A stretch of DNA of 64,000 nt from an uncultured delta proteobacterium (GTDB lineage: Bacteria; Myxococcota_A; Polyangia; Polyangiales; Polyangiaceae): positions 320,001 through 384,000 of the forward strand of contig CAVQUB010000015.1 in the NCBI GenBank assembly GCA_963716725.1, read 5' to 3'. Of the stretch, positions 1 through 10,167 are shown piece after piece. The translations under genes and the position numbers were made by a program. Each line of letters starts with the position of its first letter. Position 1 is the first letter of the stretch. Under the pieces are notes generated by a model. It saw only the letters and a list, made by a program, of their open reading frames with translations, made no database searches and was not told where the DNA came from.

Positions 1-606
1 ACCGGGCACGCCGCCGTGTTCGCCGTGTTTGGCATCGCAGGCAAGCGCGTCCAGGTGGTCGCACGATCGCGCTCCCCGTTGGTCGACGTCGGTGCGTTGG
101 TCTCGGCGGTCGGGGGTGGGGGACACCACGGCGCGGCGTCGGGGGCGCTCAAGCGCGAGGACTCGTTGGTCGTGATGGCGGAGCTGCAGGCGGCGGTTCG
201 AGCGAACCCGCCGCAGGCAAGGCGCGTCTCAGATCTGATGTCGAGCCCCGTTCGAACGGTGTCGTCGACGACAACCCTGCGGGAGCTTGCGCGCTCGTTG
301 ACCAGCTGGCGACACACCGGCGTGCCGGTCATGAAGGACGGCCAGATCGTGGGCATCGTCTCGCGTCGCGACATCGCGAAGGCCACGCGCAACGACAGCC
401 TGTCGCTCCCGGTCTCGGGGGTGATGACGCACAAGGTCCATACGGTCGACTCCGAAGAGGCGCCGGAGCGCGCGCTCTCCCTGATGCAGAGTCAGGACGT
501 CGGCCGGTTGCCCGTGCTCCGCGATGGCCGTCTCGTCGGCATCGTCACGCGCTCCGATCTGCGGCGCATGCTCTACGGAGAGAGCTCCCGGCCCCGCCAG
601 GATTGA
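1..606 (+). CDS. DHHA1 plus tandem CBS domain protein, 5'-truncated by the window edge
   Basis: GGGGHHGAASG (DHHA1-type motif), then two CBS repeats (VGIVSRRDI; LPVLRDGRLVGIVTRSDL). Confidence 0.8.
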   Translation, partial: TGHAAVFAVFGIAGKRVQVVARSRSPLVDVGALVSAVGGGGHHGAASGALKREDSLVVMAELQAAVRANPPQARRVSDLMSSPVRTVSSTTTLRELARSLTSWRHTGVPVMKDGQIVGIVSRRDIAKATRNDSLSLPVSGVMTHKVHTVDSEEAPERALSLMQSQDVGRLPVLRDGRLVGIVTRSDLRRMLYGESSRPRQD

Positions 607-649
607 GGGCCGCTGTCGCCGATCGCGGAACTGCCCTATCCTAGCCCGG

Positions 650-1555
650 GTGACCACGCCATCCGATCTCCCGCCGTCTCGCCGGGCGCCGCAGTCCCTC
701 GCCAGCATGCAGGTCGACGTGACCACGCGAATGGGCGCGCTGCATCCGGCGACGGCCACGGGCTTGCCCATCCTCGATCGCATGCTGGCCGGGGGGCTCC
801 GCCGGGGCGCGCTGATCTCGGTGGCCGGAGCCCCGGGAGTGGGCAAGACGGCCTTCGGTCTCCTGATCGCGTACATGGCCGCCCGCGCCCGCGCCGGGAC
901 GGTGTTCGTGAGCCCGGTGCTCGACGAAACGGAGCTGGTGGCTCGCCTCGCGGCCAGGGCGCTGCACCGCGAACATCCGGACAGCCGGGTGAGCTACGGC
1001 GCGCTGTGGACCGGACAGGCGTGGCAGGACGAGGCGACCCACGCCGCAGTGAGCGCCGCCGTCGACACCGTGGTCAAGAAGGTCGGCAGCATGTTTCACG
1101 TCCACAAATGCGAGCCCTTCGAGTCCACGGAGAGCATCAAAGCAGCCGTGGCCCACCTCTGGGGTCGTCACGAGCGCGTCGTCCTCGTGGTCGACGGCAT
1201 CGAGTCCTTGAGCGCGTCGACGGGTGGCGATCCGGCTCGAGCCGCGACGGCAAACTCCGGGATCGAGAGCCGCGTCAGCCAAGTGGCGCTCGAGCTGCGC
1301 CGTATTGCCGAGGGCGGATGTGCCGTGGTGGTCAGCGCGCAGGCGTGTCACGCGGATCTGGTAGCTCCCGCCGCGACCGTGAGCGCGGAGCTTCGAAACG
1401 TCGAGGGCTCCCCCTCGCCGCTGACCGAGCGGCAGCTCGCCCTCGGTGCACGACCGGTGGAGCTGGTGATCCGCAAGAATCACGTCGGGCCCACGGGCAT
1501 CGTTCCCTTGCGTTTCATCGCGGGCGCGGCGACCTTCGAAGAGCGCGCGCCGTGA
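650..1555 (+). CDS. Stand-alone DnaB C-terminal/RecA-fold ATPase
   Basis: TGLPILDRMLAGGLRRG, Walker A GAPGVGKT, Walker B LVVDG, and ELVIRKNHVGPTGIVPLRF resembling the last DnaB motif; start uncertain (GTG 650 or ATG 707). Confidence 0.7.
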   Translation: MTTPSDLPPSRRAPQSLASMQVDVTTRMGALHPATATGLPILDRMLAGGLRRGALISVAGAPGVGKTAFGLLIAYMAARARAGTVFVSPVLDETELVARLAARALHREHPDSRVSYGALWTGQAWQDEATHAAVSAAVDTVVKKVGSMFHVHKCEPFESTESIKAAVAHLWGRHERVVLVVDGIESLSASTGGDPARAATANSGIESRVSQVALELRRIAEGGCAVVVSAQACHADLVAPAATVSAELRNVEGSPSPLTERQLALGARPVELVIRKNHVGPTGIVPLRFIAGAATFEERAP

Positions 1556-2067
1556 GCCGGCGGCTGCGCGTGCAGCTGATCCACGGCCTGGAGGGCAGCC
1601 CCACCGGCGCCAAGGCCCAGGTCCTCGCGCGGCACTTCGAGCTCTCGGCCCCGGCCATGGACACGGGCGACTTCGAGGGCGCCTTGAGCACCCAGTCGGA
1701 GGCGATCACGGCCTTCAGGCCCGACGTGCTGGTCGGCTCATCCTTCGGGGGTGCCGTCGCGCTGGCCCTCCTGCAGCGGGGCCTTTGGCGAGGGCCCACC
1801 CTGCTCTTGGCCCCCGCACAGGCGCACTTCGGCGTCGAGTCGAGCGTCCCCGAGGGCCTCCGGATCACCGTCGTGCACGGCACCCGCGACGACATCTGCC
1901 CCCTCGAGCACAGCCGTGCGCTGGCCCGGAGCGCGTCCGTCGAACTGATCGAGGTGGACGACGATCACCGGCTCAGCTCGCTGCTCGAAGGCGACGCGAT
2001 CGCAGATTTGGTGCGAGGGCTGGAGCGGGCGGCGATCGCGGCTAGACTCCCGGCGAGGCTTCGATGA
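1552..2067 (+). CDS. YqiA-like alpha/beta hydrolase
   Basis: IHGLEGSP, nucleophile elbow GSSFGG, HGTRDD, DDDH; GTGA overlap with upstream stop. Confidence 0.8.
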   Translation: MSRRLRVQLIHGLEGSPTGAKAQVLARHFELSAPAMDTGDFEGALSTQSEAITAFRPDVLVGSSFGGAVALALLQRGLWRGPTLLLAPAQAHFGVESSVPEGLRITVVHGTRDDICPLEHSRALARSASVELIEVDDDHRLSSLLEGDAIADLVRGLERAAIAARLPARLR

Positions 2068-3185
2068 AACGCGCTTTCCGTTTGCTCGCCGTGTTTGCCG
2101 TCGGTGCTGCCATGAGCTTTGCCTGTGGGTCCGAGGCGGACGACGCACCCGGCTCCGGAGGTGATGGCGGCAGCGGTGGCAGCGGCGGGCTCAACGTCGG
2201 TGGCGGAACCGGCGGCAGCGGCGGCACAGTGCTCGACACCGGGCTCAACGACGCCCTCGATCCGGACGGTGGCTGCTTCTACACCAAGGAAGTGGGCAAG
2301 AACACGCCGCTCCAACTGTTCATCGCCCTCGACAAGTCCAGCAGCATGCTGGGCTTCAAGTGGGACGCCGCCAAGGCCGGCCTCATCTCCTTCGTCAAGA
2401 ACCCGACCTCGGCGGGCATCCACGTTGGCCTGAAGTTCTTTCCGCGAGCGGGCGACGGCACGCCGGTCTGCGATCAGAAGCCGTACTCGACGCCGGACAC
2501 GCCCTTCGCGCTCCTGCCGGGCAACGCCGCGGCCATCGAGGCCGCGATCAACGCCGCCGCTCCGGATGGGCTGAGCACGCCCACCTATCCCGCGCTCGGA
2601 GGCGCGATCCTGAAGGGCATCGAGATCGGCAAGAACAACCCCGGGCACACCGCGGCGGTGCTCTTGGTGACCGACGGCGCGCCGGCCGGCCCGGCCCCTC
2701 TTTGCCAGGGCGTCGACCCGACCTCCACCGCAGAGATCGCCAAGCTCGCTGCGAGCGGCCTCTCGTTCTCGGTGCTCACCTTCGTGATCGGCTTGCCCGG
2801 CGTCGATCAGGCTTTTGCCAACGCCGTCGCCAAGGCCGGCGGCAGCAATAGCGCCATCCTGGTCTCGAACACCAACGTGCAGAAGGAGTTCGAAGACGCG
2901 ATGGGCAAGGTGAGGGGAGAAGCGCTGCCCTGTGAGTACGAAATCCCCGAGAAGGTCCAGAAGGGTGAGATCTCGTACAACCTGGTCAACGTGGCGCTCA
3001 CGCCCGGTGGCGGTGCGCTTCAGATCTTGAAACAGACCACGGACTGCAACGCCGGCGGCGATTGGATCTACAGCAACACCACGCCGAAGAAGATCCTGCT
3101 CTGCCCCAGCGTCTGCGCCGCGGTGAAGAAGGACTACTTGGCACAGATCGAGATCCAGATGGGCTGCGCCACGGTCATCAAGTGA
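2064..3185 (+). CDS. vWA-domain lipoprotein
   Basis: Lipobox SFAC, Gly-rich linker, MIDAS DKSSSM, TPT, LVTDG. Confidence 0.8.
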   Translation: MKRAFRLLAVFAVGAAMSFACGSEADDAPGSGGDGGSGGSGGLNVGGGTGGSGGTVLDTGLNDALDPDGGCFYTKEVGKNTPLQLFIALDKSSSMLGFKWDAAKAGLISFVKNPTSAGIHVGLKFFPRAGDGTPVCDQKPYSTPDTPFALLPGNAAAIEAAINAAAPDGLSTPTYPALGGAILKGIEIGKNNPGHTAAVLLVTDGAPAGPAPLCQGVDPTSTAEIAKLAASGLSFSVLTFVIGLPGVDQAFANAVAKAGGSNSAILVSNTNVQKEFEDAMGKVRGEALPCEYEIPEKVQKGEISYNLVNVALTPGGGALQILKQTTDCNAGGDWIYSNTTPKKILLCPSVCAAVKKDYLAQIEIQMGCATVIK

Positions 3186-3589
3186 GCGGCTACCGGCAGG
3201 CGCGCGACCCGCGCGAGATCGCCGCCGAGCTCCATCAAGAGGCACTAGAGGGGGAGGCCCGGGCGACGTCGAAGAAGCACGGCGCCGAGGCGGGGCTGCT
3301 GATCGCCCAGCACGAGCGCGAGATCGCGCTGACCACCCGCGGTTCCCGGGTGGAGATCCTCCGTCACCTCAGGGCGCTGGTGACCGCCGAAACGTCCCCT
3401 CGGCCCGAGCTCTCCCGCCAGATCGAGGCGCTCGAGAGCGAAATCGTAGCCGCGGACGCCGCCGTTGTCGTCGCCGAGGTGCGCATCGCCGAGGCCCAGG
3501 TCGAGCTCAAGCGGAGCCTTGAAGGACTGGGCGAGGCAATGCGCGTGGTCCGAGAGCGCAAGGAAGAGCTGCAGCGAAGCCTGCGCTGA
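3182..3589 (+). CDS. Hypothetical coiled-coil protein
   Basis: GTG overlapping the upstream stop; helical, Glu/Arg/Leu-rich. Confidence 0.5.
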   Translation: MSGYRQARDPREIAAELHQEALEGEARATSKKHGAEAGLLIAQHEREIALTTRGSRVEILRHLRALVTAETSPRPELSRQIEALESEIVAADAAVVVAEVRIAEAQVELKRSLEGLGEAMRVVRERKEELQRSLR

Positions 3590-3614
3590 GCGCGAAGTGC
3601 GCGCGGCGCCGTCT

Positions 3615-6600
3615 CTAGCCGCGCCGGCGTCGGCGGGATGCCGCGAGCAGGCCGGCCAGGCCCAGCGCGATCCAGCTGCCCCGAGGCGTTGGCGCGCTCG
3701 AGGCCGCGCGGCAGTCGCAACCGCCGGCGGGGTACACGGGCACGGGCTTGGCTTTCGGTGTGATGCTCAAGCTGGACGTGGTGCTGTTGTTAGCGGTGGT
3801 GGTCTCGCAGTCGAGATCGCTCGAGAGCTGAGCGGTCACGGCGAGGGTCTGCGAGTCGGTGCCCGCCCGCACGGTCGCGGTCACGGTCACGGTGCTGCCC
3901 GGGGCCATCTCGCCGAGCGCGCAGTCCAGCTCGCCCTTGCCGTCGCACTTGCCTTGGCTGGCGGCGGCGCTCACGACGGAGCCGCCCGTGGCGCTGCCAG
4001 TCAGCTTCACCGATTCGACGCTGAAGGGACCGGAGTTCGCGACGGTGAAATGCAGGTCGGTGGTCGCGCCGGCGGCGACGCTGCTCTCCCACGCGACGCC
4101 CAGGCCCAAGTCGCCCGAGACGCTCGGCGCGAGGCTCACGACCTCGAAGCGTGAGCCGGCGACGTTGGTGTGGTGCAAGAGCAAGAGATCGAGCGGAAAG
4201 CTGCCGGTTCGCCCTTCTTCCGACACGCCCACCAAGATCGGGCCCGGACCGACGAAGAGCGGCAGGCCGTCCGTGCCGTATTTCGCCGTGTCGAGCAGGG
4301 GTTTGCCGGCGTCGAAGCGCGCCCAGGCGGTCGCTTCGCCCAGGGTGAGATCCTTCGGATCCTCGATGACCGCGGAATAGGAGAGCACGGGGCTGTCCGC
4401 CGACACTCCCAAATCGCTCAAGAGCGCGGTGAAAACCAGCACCGAGTTGTTGAACACGTGGGTCTGGGCCACGTCGGGGGTCACCAGATTGAGCGGGAGG
4501 CGCCGAATGCGTTGCTCGCTGCCCTTGGCGTAGGTGGAGGAGGCCAGCGCATCCCGGAAGAAGAAGCTCTTGTTCCGGGCTTCGGCCCGGATCTCGAAGT
4601 CGGCGTTGCCATCGTCGTCGGAGTCGACGTTGATGCTCACCACACTCAGGGGTCCGCGGGCGGGCGTGGTCCAATCGCCGCTGACGGCCACCGCGAAGAA
4701 GATCTGCGCCTCGTCGAACGACGCCGCCGTGGCTAGATCCGTCGCCGCGCCGATGGCACGCAGATCCACCATGGCGACGGTGGGATTGGTGGCTGACTCG
4801 GCTCGTTCGTCGTCGAGGGCGCCGAGCTGGAAGGCCGTCACCACGGGTTCGGGGTGTGCCGAGTCGCCGTCGAGCGCGACCTTCACGGTGGACTCCACGC
4901 CGGGGCCGCAGTTCTTGGGTGCAATGCCTCGGCGGTTGGCCCCGGCTCGCACGCTGCCCTGATAGGGCACGAGCACGTCCTGGCCGCCACCCCCGCTGTG
5001 AACGAAGCGAACGTTGCCGCTGGCCTCGTTCAAATAGTGCCGAGCTTGCTGGCTGACGATGGCCGCGGTGCCAGGGTCGGGGCCGGGGCTGCCGAGCGCG
5101 AGCGAATCCAAGCTCAGCGCCACGGTGACGGTCGCGCTCTGTCCCGCCGCGACTTTCACCGAGGTCGGTGCGACGCTGACCGTGACGCCGGGCAGGGTGT
5201 GCGTGGGAAGGACCGTGGCGTCGAGCACGGCCTCGCTGGTGGCGTGATTGGTGAGCGTGATGCTGCGCTCGACCGTGGTCTTGGTGTCGCTCACCACCGA
5301 GCCGAAGGCCACGCCGATCTCGCCGCCGGCGACGTCGGCGCCGGCCGTTATGAGCTGCTCGACGGCACGCTCCACGGCGACTCGTCCGCTGCCCACGATG
5401 GACGTCTGGTAGCGCTGTGACGTCAGATCCTCGAGGGGCTCCGTGCTGTTCATCAGCGCCGCCTTGACCTCCATGGGCGAGAAGGCCGGTCGCGCTTGCC
5501 GCACCAGCGCCGCGGCTCCCGCCACCACCGGCGACGCCTGGCTCGTGCCCTGGGAACGACGCGGCTCGTTGCCGGAGCCGACGCGAGCCGAGTCGATGGA
5601 GAAGCCCGGCGCGGCGATCTCGGGCTTGAGCCGCCCGTCGTCGGAGCTGGGGCCCCGGGAGCTGAAGCCGGCCAGCAGCTCGGCGCCGACCCCGGTGTAC
5701 GGGTCGCTCGGATCGAGGCCCGCCGTGAGGCTTCCCTGCGCCAGGGCTTGCTTGACCTTTCCCCCGTCGACCAGGCGGATCATCACGCCGGGGATGGGGA
5801 CAGATCCGGGATCGCCACCGCCCATGGCGAAGGGCAGGGGCTCGTCCTCGTCGTCCACGATCACCACGGCCGCGGCCCCTGCGGTCGCGGCGTTGTTGAA
5901 CTTCTGGATGAACGAGCACACTCCGCGGTCGATGAGCGCGATCTTGCCGCTGATGGCGGCGGCGTTGGAAAGCGCCGAACACCCATTGGCCGGCACACTC
6001 GCGATCAGCGGACCGCTGATGGGTCCCGTGTCGACCAAGCGCTTGCTGAATCCGCCCTCTGCGGCGGCGTATTTTTCGGTGCCCGCGGTCGACGTGACGC
6101 TGAGGGCCAAGAACTCGTTGTCGGCGCTGGCGGCGACGGCGAGCGATTGGGGGACCGAGGCCGGCGACGCGACCACGAAGAAGGTCTGACCGTCGTTGCC
6201 CGCGGCGGTGACCAAGAGCGTGCCGACCTTGGTGAGGTTCTCGACCATCGTGGTGGTGACCGGTGAGTTGAGGGCGTAGCCGGTGCCGAGGGAGCCGTTG
6301 ACCACATCGAGGCGATCCGCGAAGTTGCCGTCCTGGTTCGGATCCGAGGCGCGTTCGAGGGCGGCCGCGAGCATGCTGGTCGACCCATCGCAGCCGAAGA
6401 TCCGCAGCGACCACAGCCTGGATTTCGGCGCGACCCCGGGCGCGATGCGGAACGCGGTGGGCACGAAGCTCACCGAGTAGGGGCCGAGGTAGGCGCTGCC
6501 GTCCTGCTTGACGCCATTTCCGCCTGCGATGCCCGCCACATGAGTGCCGTGGCCCCCGGCGACCGCCGTGCTCTCGGGCTTGGTGCAGTCGAGCGGATCG

Positions 6601-7289
6601 GGATCCGGGCTCGGCACGTTCACGTTTGCGGTCGGGTTGTAGTCGTCGCCCACGAAGTCCCAGCCGCCGACCACCCGAGCGGTGGGGAAGCTGCCCGCTT
6701 CGATGATCTTGGAGTTGTTGCTGGTGTAGGCCGCGACCGTGCCGGGACCGCCGAAGTCCGCGTGCGTGTAGTCGATGCCCGAGTCGATGACGCCGATGGT
6801 GACGCCGTCCCCATCGAGCGGCGTGCTCTTGGCCCAGACCTCGGGCGCTCCGACCACCGGCAGCAGCGAGGCTAGCTGCGGGTACAGCAGCGGGACCTCT
6901 TCCACGCGCGCGACGCCCGGCAAGCGACGGAGCCGCTCCACTTGGGGCCGAGTCGCGACGACTTGGATCACGTTGGCGAGGCGGCTCAGCTCTGCGATGA
7001 CGACGGCGCCCTGCTCTTCCAGGGCGGGGCGCAGCGCGGCGTGCTCGGTGTCGATCTCGCGCAGTCGGCTCTGTGCCGCCGCCGCCGCCTGAGCCGAGCG
7101 AGGATCGACGCCGTCGGGGATCCGGCTGACCGCCGCCGGGCCTTCGAGCACGACGAAGTACGACGCGAGGGGCCCGGAGGTGCTGACCGCAGCACCGCTC
7201 CGCGCGAGCGGTTCGGGCGGATTCGACGCGGCGCAGGCCGCGATGAGAAGACCGGCGCCGAGGGGGAGGGCAGTCCAGGGTCCACGCAT
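3615..7289 (-). CDS. Subtilisin-like S8 protease with PA domain and MYXO-CTERM-type tail
   Basis: Catalytic motifs IDSGID, HGTHVAG, GTSQASP; PA insert (GKIALIDRGVCSF); C-terminal GGCDC, TM segment, RRRRR. Confidence 0.9.
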   Translation of the reverse strand: MRGPWTALPLGAGLLIAACAASNPPEPLARSGAAVSTSGPLASYFVVLEGPAAVSRIPDGVDPRSAQAAAAAQSRLREIDTEHAALRPALEEQGAVVIAELSRLANVIQVVATRPQVERLRRLPGVARVEEVPLLYPQLASLLPVVGAPEVWAKSTPLDGDGVTIGVIDSGIDYTHADFGGPGTVAAYTSNNSKIIEAGSFPTARVVGGWDFVGDDYNPTANVNVPSPDPDPLDCTKPESTAVAGGHGTHVAGIAGGNGVKQDGSAYLGPYSVSFVPTAFRIAPGVAPKSRLWSLRIFGCDGSTSMLAAALERASDPNQDGNFADRLDVVNGSLGTGYALNSPVTTTMVENLTKVGTLLVTAAGNDGQTFFVVASPASVPQSLAVAASADNEFLALSVTSTAGTEKYAAAEGGFSKRLVDTGPISGPLIASVPANGCSALSNAAAISGKIALIDRGVCSFIQKFNNAATAGAAAVVIVDDEDEPLPFAMGGGDPGSVPIPGVMIRLVDGGKVKQALAQGSLTAGLDPSDPYTGVGAELLAGFSSRGPSSDDGRLKPEIAAPGFSIDSARVGSGNEPRRSQGTSQASPVVAGAAALVRQARPAFSPMEVKAALMNSTEPLEDLTSQRYQTSIVGSGRVAVERAVEQLITAGADVAGGEIGVAFGSVVSDTKTTVERSITLTNHATSEAVLDATVLPTHTLPGVTVSVAPTSVKVAAGQSATVTVALSLDSLALGSPGPDPGTAAIVSQQARHYLNEASGNVRFVHSGGGGQDVLVPYQGSVRAGANRRGIAPKNCGPGVESTVKVALDGDSAHPEPVVTAFQLGALDDERAESATNPTVAMVDLRAIGAATDLATAASFDEAQIFFAVAVSGDWTTPARGPLSVVSINVDSDDDGNADFEIRAEARNKSFFFRDALASSTYAKGSEQRIRRLPLNLVTPDVAQTHVFNNSVLVFTALLSDLGVSADSPVLSYSAVIEDPKDLTLGEATAWARFDAGKPLLDTAKYGTDGLPLFVGPGPILVGVSEEGRTGSFPLDLLLLHHTNVAGSRFEVVSLAPSVSGDLGLGVAWESSVAAGATTDLHFTVANSGPFSVESVKLTGSATGGSVVSAAASQGKCDGKGELDCALGEMAPGSTVTVTATVRAGTDSQTLAVTAQLSSDLDCETTTANNSTTSSLSITPKAKPVPVYPAGGCDCRAASSAPTPRGSWIALGLAGLLAASRRRRRG

Positions 7290-7378
7290 GACCGGGCGGG
7301 TATATGCCGAGTCGCTTGCCGGCGCGAGCCGTGATGCGTTGACGGAGGTCCGGGACCGAGGAACGCTCCGTACCCGGC

Positions 7379-8620
7379 ATGGCCGAGCGCTGGATCCTGC
7401 ACGCCGACATGGATGCGTTCTTCGCCTCCATCGAGCAGCGGGATCGGCCTGAGCTCCGAGGAAAGCCGGTCATCGTCGGCGCAACCAGCCCCCGGGGCGT
7501 GGTGGCCGCGGCCTCCTACGAGGCCCGGATCTTCGGGGTCCGGTCGGCGATGCCGGGCTTCCGCGCGCGGGAGCTGTGCCCCGACGGGATCTTCGTCGCC
7601 AGCGACATCGAAAAGTACGCAGGCGTCAGCGCCGAGGTGCACGCGGTGTTCGCCGAGGTCACGCCGGAGATCGAGCCCGTCGCGCTGGATGAGGCCTTCT
7701 TGGAGATCACGGGCTCGGTGGGGCTGTTCGGTGGTCCGGTCGAGCTCGCGCGGTTCTTGAAGCGTCGCGTGCGCGAGGCGGTGGACCTGCCCATCAGCGT
7801 GGGCCTCGGGCCCACCAAACAGGTCGCCAAGATCGCGTGCACCCTGGGCAAGCCCGACGGGCTCTTGTTGGTCCCGCCCGAGGCCGTGCGGTGGATGCTC
7901 GATCCGCTCTCGGTGCGGCGCATCTGGGGTATCGGTCCAGTGCTCGGCGATAAGCTCGAACGCTTCGGCATCCGGACCATCGCCCAGCTCGCCGCCTTCG
8001 ACCCGCGCACGCTCGAGCGTGAGCTGGGTGCGCGGGGCCAGGAGCTCCAGGCTCTGGCCCGGGGCGAGGATCCGCGGGCCGTGGTCAGCGAGCGCGATCC
8101 CAAGAGTTACGGTGAGGAGAACACCTTCGAGCGCGACGTGCTCGACCGCGAGATCGTGAGCGCCGCGCTCACCTCGCACGCCGAGGCCGTCGCTCGACGC
8201 CTGCGTCACGACGGCTTCCGCGGGCGCGTGGTCACGCTGAAGGTCAAGCTGGGCACACGCAGCGGACTGCGCGCGCCGCGGGTCGCGGGACAAGACGCGG
8301 AGCCCGTCTATCCGCTGCTCACGCGCCGGAAAAGCCTGTTGGACCCCACCGACGACGGAGCATCGATTCGGCGGACCGCCCTCGAGCTGTGGGACGCGCT
8401 CGCTCTCGACGAGCCCGTGCGGCTCCTCGGCGTGTCACTCTCGGGCCTCGAGGCGACGGACCGAGCGCAGCTCGATCTGTTCGCGTCGCCTCGCGCGCCC
8501 GACCGGCTCGGGCCCGCGCTCGACGCCATCCAGGAGCGGTTCGGGCGCGGCGCGATCCACCGGGCGGTGGACGATCCGGGCAAGATCACGCCGGGTATGC
8601 GTAAGAAGCGCGGGCAGTGA
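7379..8620 (+). CDS. dinB: DNA polymerase IV
   Basis: ILHADMDAFFASIEQRD, AASYEAR..GVRSAMP, ALDEAFL, KPDG. Confidence 0.95.
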   Translation: MAERWILHADMDAFFASIEQRDRPELRGKPVIVGATSPRGVVAAASYEARIFGVRSAMPGFRARELCPDGIFVASDIEKYAGVSAEVHAVFAEVTPEIEPVALDEAFLEITGSVGLFGGPVELARFLKRRVREAVDLPISVGLGPTKQVAKIACTLGKPDGLLLVPPEAVRWMLDPLSVRRIWGIGPVLGDKLERFGIRTIAQLAAFDPRTLERELGARGQELQALARGEDPRAVVSERDPKSYGEENTFERDVLDREIVSAALTSHAEAVARRLRHDGFRGRVVTLKVKLGTRSGLRAPRVAGQDAEPVYPLLTRRKSLLDPTDDGASIRRTALELWDALALDEPVRLLGVSLSGLEATDRAQLDLFASPRAPDRLGPALDAIQERFGRGAIHRAVDDPGKITPGMRKKRGQ

Positions 8621-8664
8621 GGCCCTCTTCGCTTCCGGCGCGCGAGCCGCTATGCTCCGCGCAA

Positions 8665-9459
8665 ATGCGCGCCGTTCGCTCCGTGTCGTTCATCGCAGTC
8701 GTCGGTCTGCTCCCAGCTTGCGCCACCCAGGGCGTGCTCTTCGACGGCCACGCCGAGCCGCGCATTGCGCGCCCGGCCGAGCTCGGGGAGGTCGAGACCC
8801 TGCCCGCCGGATACGACCGCATCGGTCGGCTCCGCGCGAGTTGCACCTTGGTCGAAGGCGCGCACCCCGGCGATGGCGCCAAGCTCGTCGATGTCGACTG
8901 CACCGAGAGCCGTCTGATGGCAGCGTTGCGCGAGCGCGCCGCCGAGGTGGGGGCCGAACTCTTGGTGGACCGCCGCTGCCAATCCCGGATCGCCTCGCAG
9001 AGTGACACGTCGAGCGAACTCGACATTTCGTGTGACGCGGATGTCGCGCGACCGAGCGGAGATTCGATGGCGCGGCGCCCCCTTGTCTCGGGGGTGATGG
9101 CCGACGACGCTGCGCCGCGTGCCCAGGAAGCCTGGGCCATCCGCGTGCACTTTGCCGCGGCGCAGGGCGTACCGCAGCGGCCTCCGCGGCGCGCGGACAT
9201 GGTGCGCGAGGTGCCCTACATGCCCGGCGCGAACCTGCGACTGGGGGACATCGTCACGCGCTGCAGAGAAGGCTGCACCAAGGACGGCGCCCGCCTGGGC
9301 CTGATGGCAGCAGCGGGTCGATTTGGCGCCTTCGACGTGGTGGACCTGAGCTGCGTTGCCAAGGGCAAGGGCTACCAGTGCAGTGGGGTTGCGACCGCTC
9401 CGGAGGTCAACCCCGAGCTCGAATCCCAGGGCGCGCTGAGCCGAGACCGGGTGCCGTCG
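8665..9459 (+). CDS. Cys-containing lipoprotein; reads in frame into the downstream phosphatase
   Basis: Lipobox LLPAC and paired Cys; no in-frame stop before 9460, so the end is approximate. Confidence 0.55.
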
Positions 9460-10125
9460 ATGGACATCCTGCTGGTTCGCCACGGGGAGACCGATGCCAA
9501 CGCCCAGGGCCGTCTCCAGGGCTGGCTCGACACCTCGCTGTCCGAGCGAGGTCGCGCTCAGGCGCGCCAGCTCGCGCGTTGGCTCCGCGACGCGCAGGTC
9601 GGGTGGGACGTGGCCTACGTCTCACCGCTGGCGCGCGCGCGGGAGACCGCGGAGATCGTTTGCGCCGAGACCCCGGGACCGCCTGCGGTCGTCGATCCCG
9701 ATCTGACGGAGCTGAGCGCGGGTTCCCTCGAAGGGCTGACGCACGAGGAGATCGCAGCGAAGCATCCGGAGTGGATGACGCGCAAGGTGACCGAGCTCGG
9801 CGACTTCTCCGAGTTCGGTGGCGAGAGCTACGACGATCTGCAGCTGCGATCGTCGCGCTTGATCGAAGGCTGGACACGGAAGCACGGCCAGCAGTCCTCT
9901 CGCGTCTTGGTGGTGGCTCACGGCGGGATCAACTTCCAGCTGCTCAAGCGGCTGATCTGCCTGCCGGTGCCCCGCGTCTGCATCGTGCGCATGGGCAACT
10001 GCAGCGTGACCCGAGTGAAGCTCCGCGAGCGCCGCGGGACGCTGATGGGCGAGCTGGTGTTTCACCTGCCCATCGAGATGATGGGGCAAGTGACCTCTGC
10101 GGATACCGGCGTCCTGTTTCGCTGA
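9460..10125 (+). CDS. Histidine phosphatase (phosphoglycerate mutase family)
   Basis: MDILLVRHGET, SPLARARETA, GES, VAHGG. Confidence 0.9.
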   Translation: MDILLVRHGETDANAQGRLQGWLDTSLSERGRAQARQLARWLRDAQVGWDVAYVSPLARARETAEIVCAETPGPPAVVDPDLTELSAGSLEGLTHEEIAAKHPEWMTRKVTELGDFSEFGGESYDDLQLRSSRLIEGWTRKHGQQSSRVLVVAHGGINFQLLKRLICLPVPRVCIVRMGNCSVTRVKLRERRGTLMGELVFHLPIEMMGQVTSADTGVLFR

Positions 10126-10167
10126 GCGGGTTGCCGATCACCCGGGCGCGCCCTAGGCTTCGAGCGG

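Noticed and set aside
1092..1107. parS-like site TGTTTCACGTCCACAA
   Set aside because: Four mismatches to the palindromic consensus and inside a CDS; I saw no full parS near parAB either.
3790..7473. Long alternative-frame and antisense ORFs (this 1227-aa ORF, 37389-40094, 25297-27651 and others)
   Set aside because: Arg/Ala/Pro-rich shadow ORFs expected in high-GC DNA, overlapping well-supported genes.
8617..10125. Lipoprotein-histidine phosphatase fusion (502-aa ORF)
   Set aside because: The phosphatase has its own Met at 9460, and an out-of-frame TGA lies near 9437. Given the indel rate, a lost stop is more likely than a true fusion.
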